From assembly GCA_048270185.1 (NCBI GenBank), contig JBLWTJ010000001.1, positions 64,001 through 128,000 of the forward strand: 64,000 nt of DNA, given 5' to 3'. Position numbers and translations under genes: made by a program. The notes beneath the pieces were generated by a model. The model ran no database searches and was not told the DNA's origin. It worked only from the letters and a program-made list of their open reading frames with translations. Of this stretch, positions 49,416 to 58,495 are shown piece by piece (position 1 is the stretch's first letter; the number at the start of each line of letters is the position of its first letter). The DNA comes from Bacteriovoracaceae bacterium (GTDB lineage Bacteria; Bdellovibrionota; Bacteriovoracia; Bacteriovoracales; Bacteriovoracaceae).

Positions 49416-49859
49416 AATAGTCTGTGCAATATTTTTTGGAATAGGCATGATTGATAGCCTCGAGCCCTTCTTAACCAGTGGCATTTCATCATAGCGAGAA
49501 TCTGCCTTCATCTCTTTTAATGTTAGAGGCCTTGGATATTTTTCGACGAATTTTACTTTCACTAGAAACCAGCGAGGATTTTCTTTTGTTGCCTTCGGAT
49601 CAAAGTACTTAGATTTTTCATCAAATTGAGTTTCATCGGGGTGAGACTCCTTGACTACTTCTGCGAGTCCTACGATGGCCGGCTCTTTACAACTTGAGTG
49701 GTAGAAAAAGATCTTGTCTCCAAGCTTCATCTCATCTCTCATGAAATTGCGGGCCTGATAATTCCTCACTCCATCCCAAGACTCAGTTTGTTTAGGTCTT
49801 TTGGCAAGGTCGTCAATTGAGAAAGCATCAGGTTCGCTTTTAAAGAGCCAGTATTGCAT
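49395..49859 (-). CDS. EVE domain protein
   Basis: YWLFKSEP, WDGVRNYQARN, FYHS, SRLSIMP. Confidence 0.93.
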   Translation of the reverse strand: MQYWLFKSEPDAFSIDDLAKRPKQTESWDGVRNYQARNFMRDEMKLGDKIFFYHSSCKEPAIVGLAEVVKESHPDETQFDEKSKYFDPKATKENPRWFLVKVKFVEKYPRPLTLKEMKADSRYDEMPLVKKGSRLSIMPIPKNIAQTILEDLKN

Positions 49860-49871
49860 CGCTAGAATTCC

Positions 49872-50738
49872 TTATGGGTTTTGGATTAAACCTTCAAGAT
49901 TCTTTTTCATAAATGTTGGCAGATAGAAAGCTGCCTTATGAAGTCCTGCATTGTAGTAAGAGAATTCAAGTCCACTTGCTGCAACAGCTTCTTCTCTAAA
50001 ATCTGTAATTGGGTTTGTGTCGCCCTTTGTTGCAAAAGTAAATGACCACAGTCCACCAGGATAAGAAAGGTTAGAGAAATTATAAATGAATGTATTCTTA
50101 AAAATATCATTTAGAACACCAAGCATGCTCTTTTGAATCTCTGCTTCAAACCAAGGTGACTCACCTTGAGAAACAACGATTCCGTCATCAGCTAGACACT
50201 TGTTAACATTTGTATAGAACTCAGGACCAAAAAGTGGAGCCGCGGGCCCAATTGGGTCAGTTGAATCAATGATGATGACATCAAATTTCTCAGTAGTTTC
50301 TTGGACGAATTTAACACCGTCACCAATGATTAGGTTTAATTTTGGGTGGCCTTTTAATACTTCTGCAGTTTGTGGAATGAATTCCATACAAGCTTCACAA
50401 ACAGCTCCGTCAATTTCAACCATTGTACACTTCTCAACTGATGTATGACGAAGCACTTCGCGTGCTGTACCACCGTCACCACCACCAATAACGAGAACGT
50501 TCTTTGGGTTTGGATGAACAAATAATGGAACGTGAGAAATCATATCGTGATATGCGATTTCATCTCTTTCTGTAACCATAACAAGGCCGTCGTTAAGAAG
50601 CATTTTTCCATGCCCCTTTGTTTCAACAACATCAACAGTTTGGAATTCAGTCTTCTTAGAGTAGAGAACGTTTTCTACTTTATATCTCATTCCGTAAAAA
50701 TCTTTATATCTTTCTTCAATCCATAAGTTACTATGCAT
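49872..50738 (-). CDS. speE: Spermidine synthase
   Basis: VLVIGGGDGG, VEID, DSTDPIGPA, YPGGLWSF; AGGAG RBS before ATG 50738. Confidence 0.94.
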   Translation of the reverse strand: MHSNLWIEERYKDFYGMRYKVENVLYSKKTEFQTVDVVETKGHGKMLLNDGLVMVTERDEIAYHDMISHVPLFVHPNPKNVLVIGGGDGGTAREVLRHTSVEKCTMVEIDGAVCEACMEFIPQTAEVLKGHPKLNLIIGDGVKFVQETTEKFDVIIIDSTDPIGPAAPLFGPEFYTNVNKCLADDGIVVSQGESPWFEAEIQKSMLGVLNDIFKNTFIYNFSNLSYPGGLWSFTFATKGDTNPITDFREEAVAASGLEFSYYNAGLHKAAFYLPTFMKKNLEGLIQNP

Positions 50739-50747
50739 ATTCAACTC

Positions 50748-51680
50748 CTATAATAATTTAAATGGTGCTAAGCGATTTGGGCGTAGTTTATAAAAGTGTG
50801 AGAAGTACATGATATACCCACACTTAAGATAGCTTTCAACTTCTGTCTTGGCCTTATATTGATCAAGGTTTAGCTTAAGCCCACAAGATCCACCTTGATT
50901 CGGGCAGAACTCAATAAAGTCGTAAGAAATTGGCTCAAGAGCATCAATGAGAATACTGGCAATCTCTTTCATATTAATATCAGTTTCGAAACTAATATAT
51001 GGACATTCCTCTTGAGGAGTAATGTGACAAGTTAAGTAATTATCATCCTTAATAGCGTTAAGAGAGTAACCGTAAGGATTAAATACAAAATCATCTAACT
51101 CAAAACCTGGAAGAATTTCATCAAGCTTTAAGAGATTTCTAATTTCATCTTTTGTGATATTTTCATTTGTTAAAAGTTCTCTGGCCTCACAAGAAATTTC
51201 ATACATGAGAAGTTCATAAGTATGATCATCTGCCGCTGGAGTGTACTCTTGATCTAGGAAATAAATATAATTGTGATGGTCATCGATATTTCCAAAGCGA
51301 AGTGCTTGGCCATCAAATTTTGTCTCAAGTAATTTTATATCATCAGCAAAAGTTGAATGCTGCATATGAGAGAAGTACTCATTCTTTCTTTGAAAAACTA
51401 ATTGCTTAATAACATCTTTCCCAAATTCATTGGTAAAGAAATCGATTGCTTGAATTAATGTCGTTTGCCCACAAGTGATAATGAGCATGCGATCTTTCCA
51501 TACAAAGAGGGAAGATTCAGACAGAAGAAATGCTTTAATTTTATCATTTCTAACACTAGAGAGAATTGTGGCCTTGGCCTTCTCTACTAATTGGGCCCAA
51601 AAAGAGTCCGGTAACTCGAGTAAATTAAGGTTGTCACCGACGATAATTTCGGCTTTTTTCTCAGATCCTTCAAAAATCAT
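50748..51680 (-). CDS. speD: S-adenosylmethionine decarboxylase proenzyme, eukaryote-like class 2
   Basis: FEGSEKK, LLSESSLFV, ITCGQT, FNPYGYSLN, HITPQ..YISFET; upstream of speE. Confidence 0.88.
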   Translation of the reverse strand: MIFEGSEKKAEIIVGDNLNLLELPDSFWAQLVEKAKATILSSVRNDKIKAFLLSESSLFVWKDRMLIITCGQTTLIQAIDFFTNEFGKDVIKQLVFQRKNEYFSHMQHSTFADDIKLLETKFDGQALRFGNIDDHHNYIYFLDQEYTPAADDHTYELLMYEISCEARELLTNENITKDEIRNLLKLDEILPGFELDDFVFNPYGYSLNAIKDDNYLTCHITPQEECPYISFETDINMKEIASILIDALEPISYDFIEFCPNQGGSCGLKLNLDQYKAKTEVESYLKCGYIMYFSHFYKLRPNRLAPFKLL

Positions 51681-51816
51681 TTAGTTGTCCAAGTGTCTAA
51701 TATTATTAAAATTTGCTATGGCCCATCTTATTGCTTTATGGCCGTTCAGGCAAGCAATTTGGCCCTTAAAGCGGCCAGTATATAGTTTTTATAGCCAAAA
51801 ATAGTGGGCAAATTAC

Positions 51817-51844
51817 TAAAGTATTAACAAAAATTAACCGATAA
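51817..51844 (+). promoter_or_regulatory. Sigma-28-like promoter
   Basis: TAAA-N16-ACCGATAA before the ORF at 51862. Confidence 0.55.
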
Positions 51845-51861
51845 AAAAGGAGAATAGTCTA

Positions 51862-53808
51862 ATGAGGGGTTTCACAATGTTGGCCAGTTTTTCAGAATTT
51901 AAGTTTTTCCAATCTTTTCGTATTCCAGTTGAAGAAGCAGATAATCTTCGCTTCTTAATTCAAAAGGAAGATGATGTTGGTCATTTAAGTTATATCGACG
52001 ATGCAAAGCTTGTAGATATTTCAGTGACGGGATTTGGTTTTAAAACACATGAAAGAATTTCAGTGGGAACTGAACTTGAAGTTTCTCTGCAATTTAAAAA
52101 ACGTCATCTTGATCTTACTGGTCGAGTTGTTCGTGCTTTCTCCAATGTTTTAGAAGACGAAGAGATTATTTACGGTGTCGAACTAGATGTTGAAAAGGGA
52201 ATTAATAAATTCCTTGAAAGCTATATTATGAGCTTTTCTTCAGAAAGATTAAAGGACTGTTTAATTCAGTCTGCATTAAAAGAAAGATATACAGACCCTA
52301 ATGAAGGGTTTGAGATGTTCTCACTTCTTTTATCTCTTTTCAAAGATATTACTCATTTTGGTGATAAGGAAGGTTTCTTAGATACAATGCTTGAAGAAGT
52401 TATTCGTATTCTAAATGCCCAACGTTCATCAATTTTTCTAATTAACCCAGACACAAATGAGCTCGAAGCGATTGCAGCTCTCGGTCTTGATAAAACGGGC
52501 CTAAAATTTGACTATCGTCTAGGTGTTGCTGGATCAGTTTTTACAACTGGTGTTGCTCTCAATATTTGTACAGAAAGTGATGAATCACGTTTTAACGATG
52601 CTTTTGATAACCAATCAGGATTCCAGACTAAATCAATTATCTGTTATCCAATTCATAACCGCGAAGATAAAATCATTGGTGTTATTGAAGTTATCAATAA
52701 GAGAAATGAAGATCGATTTACAATTGAAGATGAAAAGACAATGAAGGTATTGGCCCTTGTCTTCTCATCGGTATTTCATAGCTTCAATCCAATCTCGAAT
52801 AACTCAAAAATTAGAAGATTTTCAGCTCCATATGATCGTCAATATGCCATCATTGGAAATACTCCAGGTGTTAAGTCGATTAGAAATTCAATTTCAAAGC
52901 TTAAAGACCTTGATAGTCCAGTGCTTATTTCAGGTGAAAAAGGTGTTGGTAAGAATCTCTATGCTACAGTTCTTCACTATGAAGGAAAGCGTGGACTCAA
53001 TGAAATTGAAACAGTTAATTGTAAGTTACAAGATACAATCAAATTAGAAGCTCAACTTTTTGGTCCAGATGAAGACGTATGTGTTTTCTCTAAGGTTCAA
53101 GGTGGTACTGTTGTACTAAACCATATCGAGCATCTTCCTTTTGAGTGGCAAGAACGTCTATTTGATATTATTTCAAATAAAGGAACTCCTGGTGGAATTG
53201 TAAGCTTTGATTGCCGAATTATGGCAACTTCGATCAAAGATATTGCAATTATGGCCGATGACGGAAGTTTCTATCGTGATCTCTATGAGTATTTCTCACA
53301 AGCTCAAATTAATATCGAACCTTTAAGACGTCGTGATGATGATATTGAAATGCTTACTGAGTACTTCTTAAAAATCGAGTGTAAGAGACAAGGCCTGCTT
53401 CTTAAGAGCTTCTCTAAGAAGGTAATGGATCAAATCATGCAATACGATTGGCCAGGAAACGTTTACGAGCTAAAAAAATGTGTTGAAAGAGCAGTACTCT
53501 ATCATCCGAAATCACATATTATCTCTGATGTTGAAATCAATGATGGTGTTTCACCACTTGTTGATATTTCAATGAAGCAGAAGCAATTTGGACAAATTGA
53601 GCACGTAACTGATTTCTCTCTATCTCTTAAGGATCGTCTAGCTCTTGTTGAGCGTGAAATGATTTTAAATGAGATCAAACGTAACTTTGGTAATAAATCA
53701 AAGGCCGCAAAAGAAATGGGAATCTCACGCGAGGCCCTTCGTAAAAAACTTCTATACTCACAGGAAGTTCTTGATACTATCGAAAAAGATCAAAAGAAAG
53801 CAGCATAA
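51862..53808 (+). CDS. PilZ-like/GAF/NtrC-type AAA+/Fis-HTH regulator (degenerate)
   Basis: DISVTG; GAF domain (GFQTKSIICYPI, IGVIEVINK); GEKGVGK; WPGNVYEL; NKSKAAKEMGISREALRKKL. Confidence 0.85.
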   Translation: MRGFTMLASFSEFKFFQSFRIPVEEADNLRFLIQKEDDVGHLSYIDDAKLVDISVTGFGFKTHERISVGTELEVSLQFKKRHLDLTGRVVRAFSNVLEDEEIIYGVELDVEKGINKFLESYIMSFSSERLKDCLIQSALKERYTDPNEGFEMFSLLLSLFKDITHFGDKEGFLDTMLEEVIRILNAQRSSIFLINPDTNELEAIAALGLDKTGLKFDYRLGVAGSVFTTGVALNICTESDESRFNDAFDNQSGFQTKSIICYPIHNREDKIIGVIEVINKRNEDRFTIEDEKTMKVLALVFSSVFHSFNPISNNSKIRRFSAPYDRQYAIIGNTPGVKSIRNSISKLKDLDSPVLISGEKGVGKNLYATVLHYEGKRGLNEIETVNCKLQDTIKLEAQLFGPDEDVCVFSKVQGGTVVLNHIEHLPFEWQERLFDIISNKGTPGGIVSFDCRIMATSIKDIAIMADDGSFYRDLYEYFSQAQINIEPLRRRDDDIEMLTEYFLKIECKRQGLLLKSFSKKVMDQIMQYDWPGNVYELKKCVERAVLYHPKSHIISDVEINDGVSPLVDISMKQKQFGQIEHVTDFSLSLKDRLALVEREMILNEIKRNFGNKSKAAKEMGISREALRKKLLYSQEVLDTIEKDQKKAA

Positions 53809-53814
53809 GCTAAT

Positions 53815-53846
53815 AAAAAAAGCCTCCAATAAGGAGGCTTTTTTTA
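53815..53846. terminator. Bidirectional terminator
   Basis: A7-GCCTCC-AATAA-GGAGGC-T run. Confidence 0.85.
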
Positions 53847-55418
53847 TAACTCTATAATTGGTTTCCATTCCAGCCAATTATCATCAGCTTTTTTATGGAG
53901 TTTGAAATATTCTTTTTTGCGCTGGCTAAAATTATCAGGTGTGGCAAACTCAACTCCACCAGAAAGAAGTGTCTCTAGTGATTGTGCATTTATTTTTGCA
54001 CCAGAAAAGAGTCCAAACTCAATATCAAGTCCACTTGCATTCCAAAACTTTGTTTCTTCCTTGATTAGTTTATTATATGGAGAATTCACAAATATTTCAG
54101 CAATAACATTTTTAGCACGTGTATTAAGTCTTACATCCGTAATAATACCAACTTGAATACCACGGTAGTAAACCCCCTGTCCCTTTGCTAGTGAGTTGCG
54201 ACGATCGCTATAAAGAGAGAGTCGAGTACCGTAACGGTTATGAACCTCTTTAAGAGGTGCTTGATTTAAGGCCCTAAATGTATCTGTTGGTCGAGCTTTT
54301 TTAAAGTTGCGACGACTAATATCAACTGCAATATAATTACCTGTAAGAGCATCAAGAGACTCTATCCCACTTAAAGAGATCTTTGGTTTCACTTCCCAGA
54401 ACTGTGCCCCTTTTACAACAAAGCTTTCATACTCAGTTTTGATTGTAGCGTGCACGATAACTTCATTCTTTTCGCGAATAATTTTTGAATCTTTGACGAC
54501 GCCTATTTCAATATTTTTAAACTTAATTGGTGTTCTCTGTGAACTAACAGCACTTCCCAGTGGGAATGTTATATAGATATCTTTACCAGGGATTGTGTGA
54601 GCTTGACTTGGATAGAGAACAAAACTCTTATCATTTTCTTTTGTTAATTGATTTTCATCATTACTTTCATAATTTGTAAAAGCGATACCACCTTTAATAA
54701 TAGTTGTTAGTGATTCTGTTTCGACTTTTAAGCCAGCAAGAGAGGCATCAACTTTAATTCCACTTACATTATAAAAACGTGAAGTTGTGTAAAGTAGACT
54801 TTGATATCGTTCTTCAATGAATGCCGTCATTTCAACGCCACTTCCATTCATGTCGAGATCGTAATTTGTGATCTCTCCAACTTGAACTTTATTAAAGTAG
54901 ATAGGGGAGCCGATTGAGATAGAACCCAGTTTTGGTGCTTTGAGTTTGATGTAGAGGCCATCTTCTCTTTGGCTCCGCGGTGCCGTTTCAATGGCGTCAA
55001 AAACCTTGTGAAGCTTTCCTTTTACTGGATACATATTAATAAACTTACCACTGATAATGGTACTTAAGCCTTTTATTCCAGATAGATTAATTGTTGGGCT
55101 CACAAGCCAGAACTTTGTTTCACGTGATAGAAACTCCTTCATTTGAGTACTCATCTCTACGCGAACTGCAACTGTTGAGAGGTCTTGAGTCAACTCAGTA
55201 TCCTTAACTCGACCAACAATTGTTCCTTTGTATATAACAGTCGTTTTACCAGGAATAATTCCATCTGCATTTTTGAAATTGATTGTAATATATGAGCCAC
55301 GGGCCATAATTGTTTGATAGATTAGCCATAGGCCAATTGAAACTGCCGCAACTGGAAAGAACCAAATAGGGTTCATTCCTCTTTTTTCGACGACTTGAGG
55401 GCCAGTATTCTTACTCAT
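53844..55418 (-). CDS. pqiB: PqiB/LetB-family protein with three MCE domains
   Basis: IWFFP TM; three MCE repeats (YKGTIVG, FNKVQVG, YRGIQVG; TKFW/SRFY). Confidence 0.85.
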   Translation of the reverse strand: MSKNTGPQVVEKRGMNPIWFFPVAAVSIGLWLIYQTIMARGSYITINFKNADGIIPGKTTVIYKGTIVGRVKDTELTQDLSTVAVRVEMSTQMKEFLSRETKFWLVSPTINLSGIKGLSTIISGKFINMYPVKGKLHKVFDAIETAPRSQREDGLYIKLKAPKLGSISIGSPIYFNKVQVGEITNYDLDMNGSGVEMTAFIEERYQSLLYTTSRFYNVSGIKVDASLAGLKVETESLTTIIKGGIAFTNYESNDENQLTKENDKSFVLYPSQAHTIPGKDIYITFPLGSAVSSQRTPIKFKNIEIGVVKDSKIIREKNEVIVHATIKTEYESFVVKGAQFWEVKPKISLSGIESLDALTGNYIAVDISRRNFKKARPTDTFRALNQAPLKEVHNRYGTRLSLYSDRRNSLAKGQGVYYRGIQVGIITDVRLNTRAKNVIAEIFVNSPYNKLIKEETKFWNASGLDIEFGLFSGAKINAQSLETLLSGGVEFATPDNFSQRKKEYFKLHKKADDNWLEWKPIIEL

Positions 55419-56028
55419 ATTTTTCCTTATCATCCCAGATCAGCCTAGTATCGACTTCATTCGATGCTAGGATTGTCAGTATAACAACTGCTGTAAAGTA
55501 GAGAACTGCTGGCTCAGCTTTGATTTGTGAAATAAATTCAATTTTTACAAGCATTACCAGAAGTGCGATCACAAAAATATCGAGCATCGACCATTTTCCA
55601 ACAATATGAACGACACGATAGAGTCTAGTTAACATCTTCTTTTTCTTTACATTCAAAGTATTTATATTATCTATGATATACCAAAGTGAAATTATTTTAA
55701 ATATTGGAACAATTATACTGGCCGCGAAAACGATCATTGCAATTGGATACATTTTCAAATTGATGAGGTTTATAACTCCACCCATAATCGTACGTGGGAT
55801 CCCTCGATTAAAAGTTAGAACAGTCATAATAGGAATTAAATTTGCCGGTATATAGAGAGCAATCGCCGCTATCAAATAGGCTTTACAGCGTAAGACACCA
55901 TCATAGTTTCTTAGCTTAATTGGAGAACCACATCGCATACATGTAAGTGTTGAATTGACCTTTTCACAATTTGGACATAAGGCCTTCTGGTGATCAATGC
56001 CTCTCATATAGCTTCTTCCATAATTCAT
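55411..56028 (-). CDS. pqiA: PqiA-family membrane protein (second half)
   Basis: CPNC...CMRC, YIPANLIPIM, GKWSMLDIFV, DTRLIWD. Confidence 0.9.
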   Translation of the reverse strand: MNYGRSYMRGIDHQKALCPNCEKVNSTLTCMRCGSPIKLRNYDGVLRCKAYLIAAIALYIPANLIPIMTVLTFNRGIPRTIMGGVINLINLKMYPIAMIVFAASIIVPIFKIISLWYIIDNINTLNVKKKKMLTRLYRVVHIVGKWSMLDIFVIALLVMLVKIEFISQIKAEPAVLYFTAVVILTILASNEVDTRLIWDDKEKYE

Positions 56029-56632
56029 CGTAGTGAGTAGTTGACTGTAATAGAATACTATTAACCATTAAAAGTATGAGACTGACTGTTCCAATTGTTA
56101 ATTGTACTTCTGATCGATCAACCATCTTGGCGACTGTGACAATAATGGCCATGAAGTAAACATCAATCATGGCCCACTCATAACTAGGGCGTAAAAACTT
56201 AATTAACTTTTTTCCAATATTTTCGTTAATAAAATGATTTTTAAAAATAATTGATGCATAAACACATAGACGAAAGAATGGAATAGCAATGGAGAAGAGA
56301 ACGACAGAGGCCGCAATAGGCCAGTAGGCCTTTGTCATAAAGGTATTAACTGATTCAACAATTGATGCCTGAAGGTTTTGCCCTGCCATATGAATTTTTA
56401 GTACAGGTAAGAACATGGCCGGGTAGAAAAGTAGAAACCCTGAAATTGTTAAGATCTTTACAAAGAAGAGAGTGCTGTCACCATTGTAGAGGATGTGGCC
56501 ACAACGTTTACAAATTGCTCTCTGTTTAGGTTTTACTAAGTTAAATAGGTAGATCTCGTCACATTCGGGACACAGGATTAACTTAGAATTATCCTTGAGA
56601 GTTTCTTCGTCTATAAAGCTTTGATCTGCCAT
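55994..56632 (-). CDS. pqiA: PqiA-family membrane protein (first half)
   Basis: CPECD...CKRCG, EWAMIDVY. Confidence 0.88.
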   Translation of the reverse strand: MADQSFIDEETLKDNSKLILCPECDEIYLFNLVKPKQRAICKRCGHILYNGDSTLFFVKILTISGFLLFYPAMFLPVLKIHMAGQNLQASIVESVNTFMTKAYWPIAASVVLFSIAIPFFRLCVYASIIFKNHFINENIGKKLIKFLRPSYEWAMIDVYFMAIIVTVAKMVDRSEVQLTIGTVSLILLMVNSILLQSTTHYDELWKKLYERH

Positions 56633-56691
56633 ACTTCTATTAGGCCATAAAAGTATGATTTTTTTTAGAGAGCAAATTATAACACTAAATT

Positions 56692-57576
56692 TTACTTCAT
56701 TATTTTCTTAATATTGTGTTTGTGAGTTTGGATGAGTTTACCATTTTCAAAATGGCGGCAGGTACCATCCTCACGTAGCTCAATATAGCCACTTACATAT
56801 TTTGGCTCAGCGCTATCTGATGAATCTTCATCCATACTAAAAGAGGCCAGACTTCTGGAAGCTGTTAGGGCCAAAGTCGAAGAATTGTAAAGGTTTCTAA
56901 CACTAGCTGCATCGTAGGTGCTAAGTGTTCTCTTCTTCTCGCCACCAGCTAGGGAAGGATACATAATTGATCCAACAGTAGAGGAAGTTGTATGCTGTAA
57001 ACCTATCAGATGCCCAAGTTCGTGGAGGATAACAGAAGGTAGATCATAGTAAGCATAGTTTGTATTTGTCACAGTATTAGTAAAACTATAGTCTTCGTGG
57101 TTTACCATGATATCTCCATGAATCATGCGAATATAGCTTGAGCGCTGCTCTCCAAAGTAAGATGTTATGGCAAGAACTCCAAAGCCAATTGTTGGAATCC
57201 AAGAGTCTAGAACATAGATTCCTATCTCAGCGTCGCGATAATTAGCAAGATCTTGACCTGGTGTGTATGTCGTTTGCTGTCCATGTCCAAGCACAAAGTA
57301 ATTACGATCGGGATCGGCATCATTCCATGCCTTCTGCATTTCTTCAAATAAGTCGTATTCAGTATAATTACCATCGTCTGCGGCAGGGTCGGTAAGAGAT
57401 TCTGAACCTCCTGTCATACTATAGAATTCACCTTGAATTTTGACGGTAAGAGGAAGAGAAGAAGCGTCCCAGCGTCGCATTAGACTAGTCGCCTTAATTT
57501 CATCTTCCTGAGGTACACAGGAAGTCATAACAATGACTAGAGTCAAAATTGATAGACATAATTTGCTAATTTTCAT
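56692..57576 (-). CDS. Matrixin-like (M10) metalloprotease lipoprotein
   Basis: Lipobox MTSC, HELGHLIGLQH, SIMYP. Confidence 0.85.
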   Translation of the reverse strand: MKISKLCLSILTLVIVMTSCVPQEDEIKATSLMRRWDASSLPLTVKIQGEFYSMTGGSESLTDPAADDGNYTEYDLFEEMQKAWNDADPDRNYFVLGHGQQTTYTPGQDLANYRDAEIGIYVLDSWIPTIGFGVLAITSYFGEQRSSYIRMIHGDIMVNHEDYSFTNTVTNTNYAYYDLPSVILHELGHLIGLQHTTSSTVGSIMYPSLAGGEKKRTLSTYDAASVRNLYNSSTLALTASRSLASFSMDEDSSDSAEPKYVSGYIELREDGTCRHFENGKLIQTHKHNIKKIMK

Positions 57577-57640
57577 CCCAAACCTATTTAATAAGAGAGC
57601 GAAACCCTCGGCTATATGCTCGTAAGCATCATTTTAATAG

Positions 57641-57667
57641 ATATCGGATTTTGAATTTAAATATTTA
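57641..57667 (-). promoter_or_regulatory. Sigma-28-like promoter
   Basis: TAAA-N15-TCCGATAT on minus strand. Confidence 0.6.
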
Positions 57668-57671
57668 GAAA

Positions 57672-57701
57672 AAATAAAGAAACGGGAGCTGTAAGCTCCC
57701 G
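57672..57701 (-). terminator. Probable terminator of the transaldolase gene
   Basis: CGGGAGCT-GTA-AGCTCCCG with an A-rich flank (U-rich on minus strand). Confidence 0.7.
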
Positions 57702-57749
57702 AATTTATATAGATATTTAGCTAATAACTAAATTTATGAGCAAAGACGT

Positions 57750-58394
57750 CTATTTCTTTGATTTCTCATAATCGGCCAGAAATTGTGCCAGGCCATTATC
57801 TGTTAGTGGGTGACCAAAAAGTGACTTAATTACTTTAAATGGCATTGTTGCAACATCTGCACCGGCCATTGAGCAGCTCTTAACGTGATCAGCGTGACGA
57901 ACCGAGGCCGCAAGAACTTCAGTTTCGAATCCGTAGATATCATACATGTGGCGAATTTCTTGGATAAGAGTCATACCGTCGGCACCGATATCATCTAGGC
58001 GTCCGATGAATGGAGAGATATAAGTAGCACCGTTTTTAGCGGCCAATAGAGCTTGGTTTGAGCTAAAGCAAAGAGTCACGTTAGTCTTAATTCCGTTATC
58101 ACTAAACCATTTACATGCTGAAATTCCGGCCTCTGTTAATGGAAGCTTGATGACAACATTGTCATGAATTTTTGCAAGTTCAGCACCTTCTTTAATCATC
58201 CCGTCAACATCTGTCGAGATAACTTCGGCCGAGATTGGGCCATCAACGATATCACAAATATCTTTGATAACTTCTTCTTGTGTGCGTCCAGTTTTAGCAA
58301 TAATTGATGGGTTAGTAGTAACACCGTCAATAAGGCCCCATTTAACTGCTTCTTTGATTTCTTCAATATCACCTGTATCAATAAAAAATTGCAT
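57750..58394 (-). CDS. tal: Transaldolase / fructose-6-phosphate aldolase family
   Basis: [45 protein letters not shown]. Confidence 0.9.
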   Translation of the reverse strand: MQFFIDTGDIEEIKEAVKWGLIDGVTTNPSIIAKTGRTQEEVIKDICDIVDGPISAEVISTDVDGMIKEGAELAKIHDNVVIKLPLTEAGISACKWFSDNGIKTNVTLCFSSNQALLAAKNGATYISPFIGRLDDIGADGMTLIQEIRHMYDIYGFETEVLAASVRHADHVKSCSMAGADVATMPFKVIKSLFGHPLTDNGLAQFLADYEKSKK

Positions 58395-58495
58395 TGCATT
58401 CTCCTAAAATAATTTGGTCAAATTTAGCACGAACCCATCTGATGGACAAGTTTTCTACCTCTTTTAGAAAAGACGATTTGCGCTATAATGAACAT

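Noticed and set aside
51718..51737. Sigma-54 promoter-like TGGCCC...TTGC
   Set aside because: GG-to-GC spacing is 11 nt rather than the required 10.
58394..58495. N-terminal extension of ORF 58394
   Set aside because: It covers the divergent promoter region; the signal peptide begins at ATG 58496.
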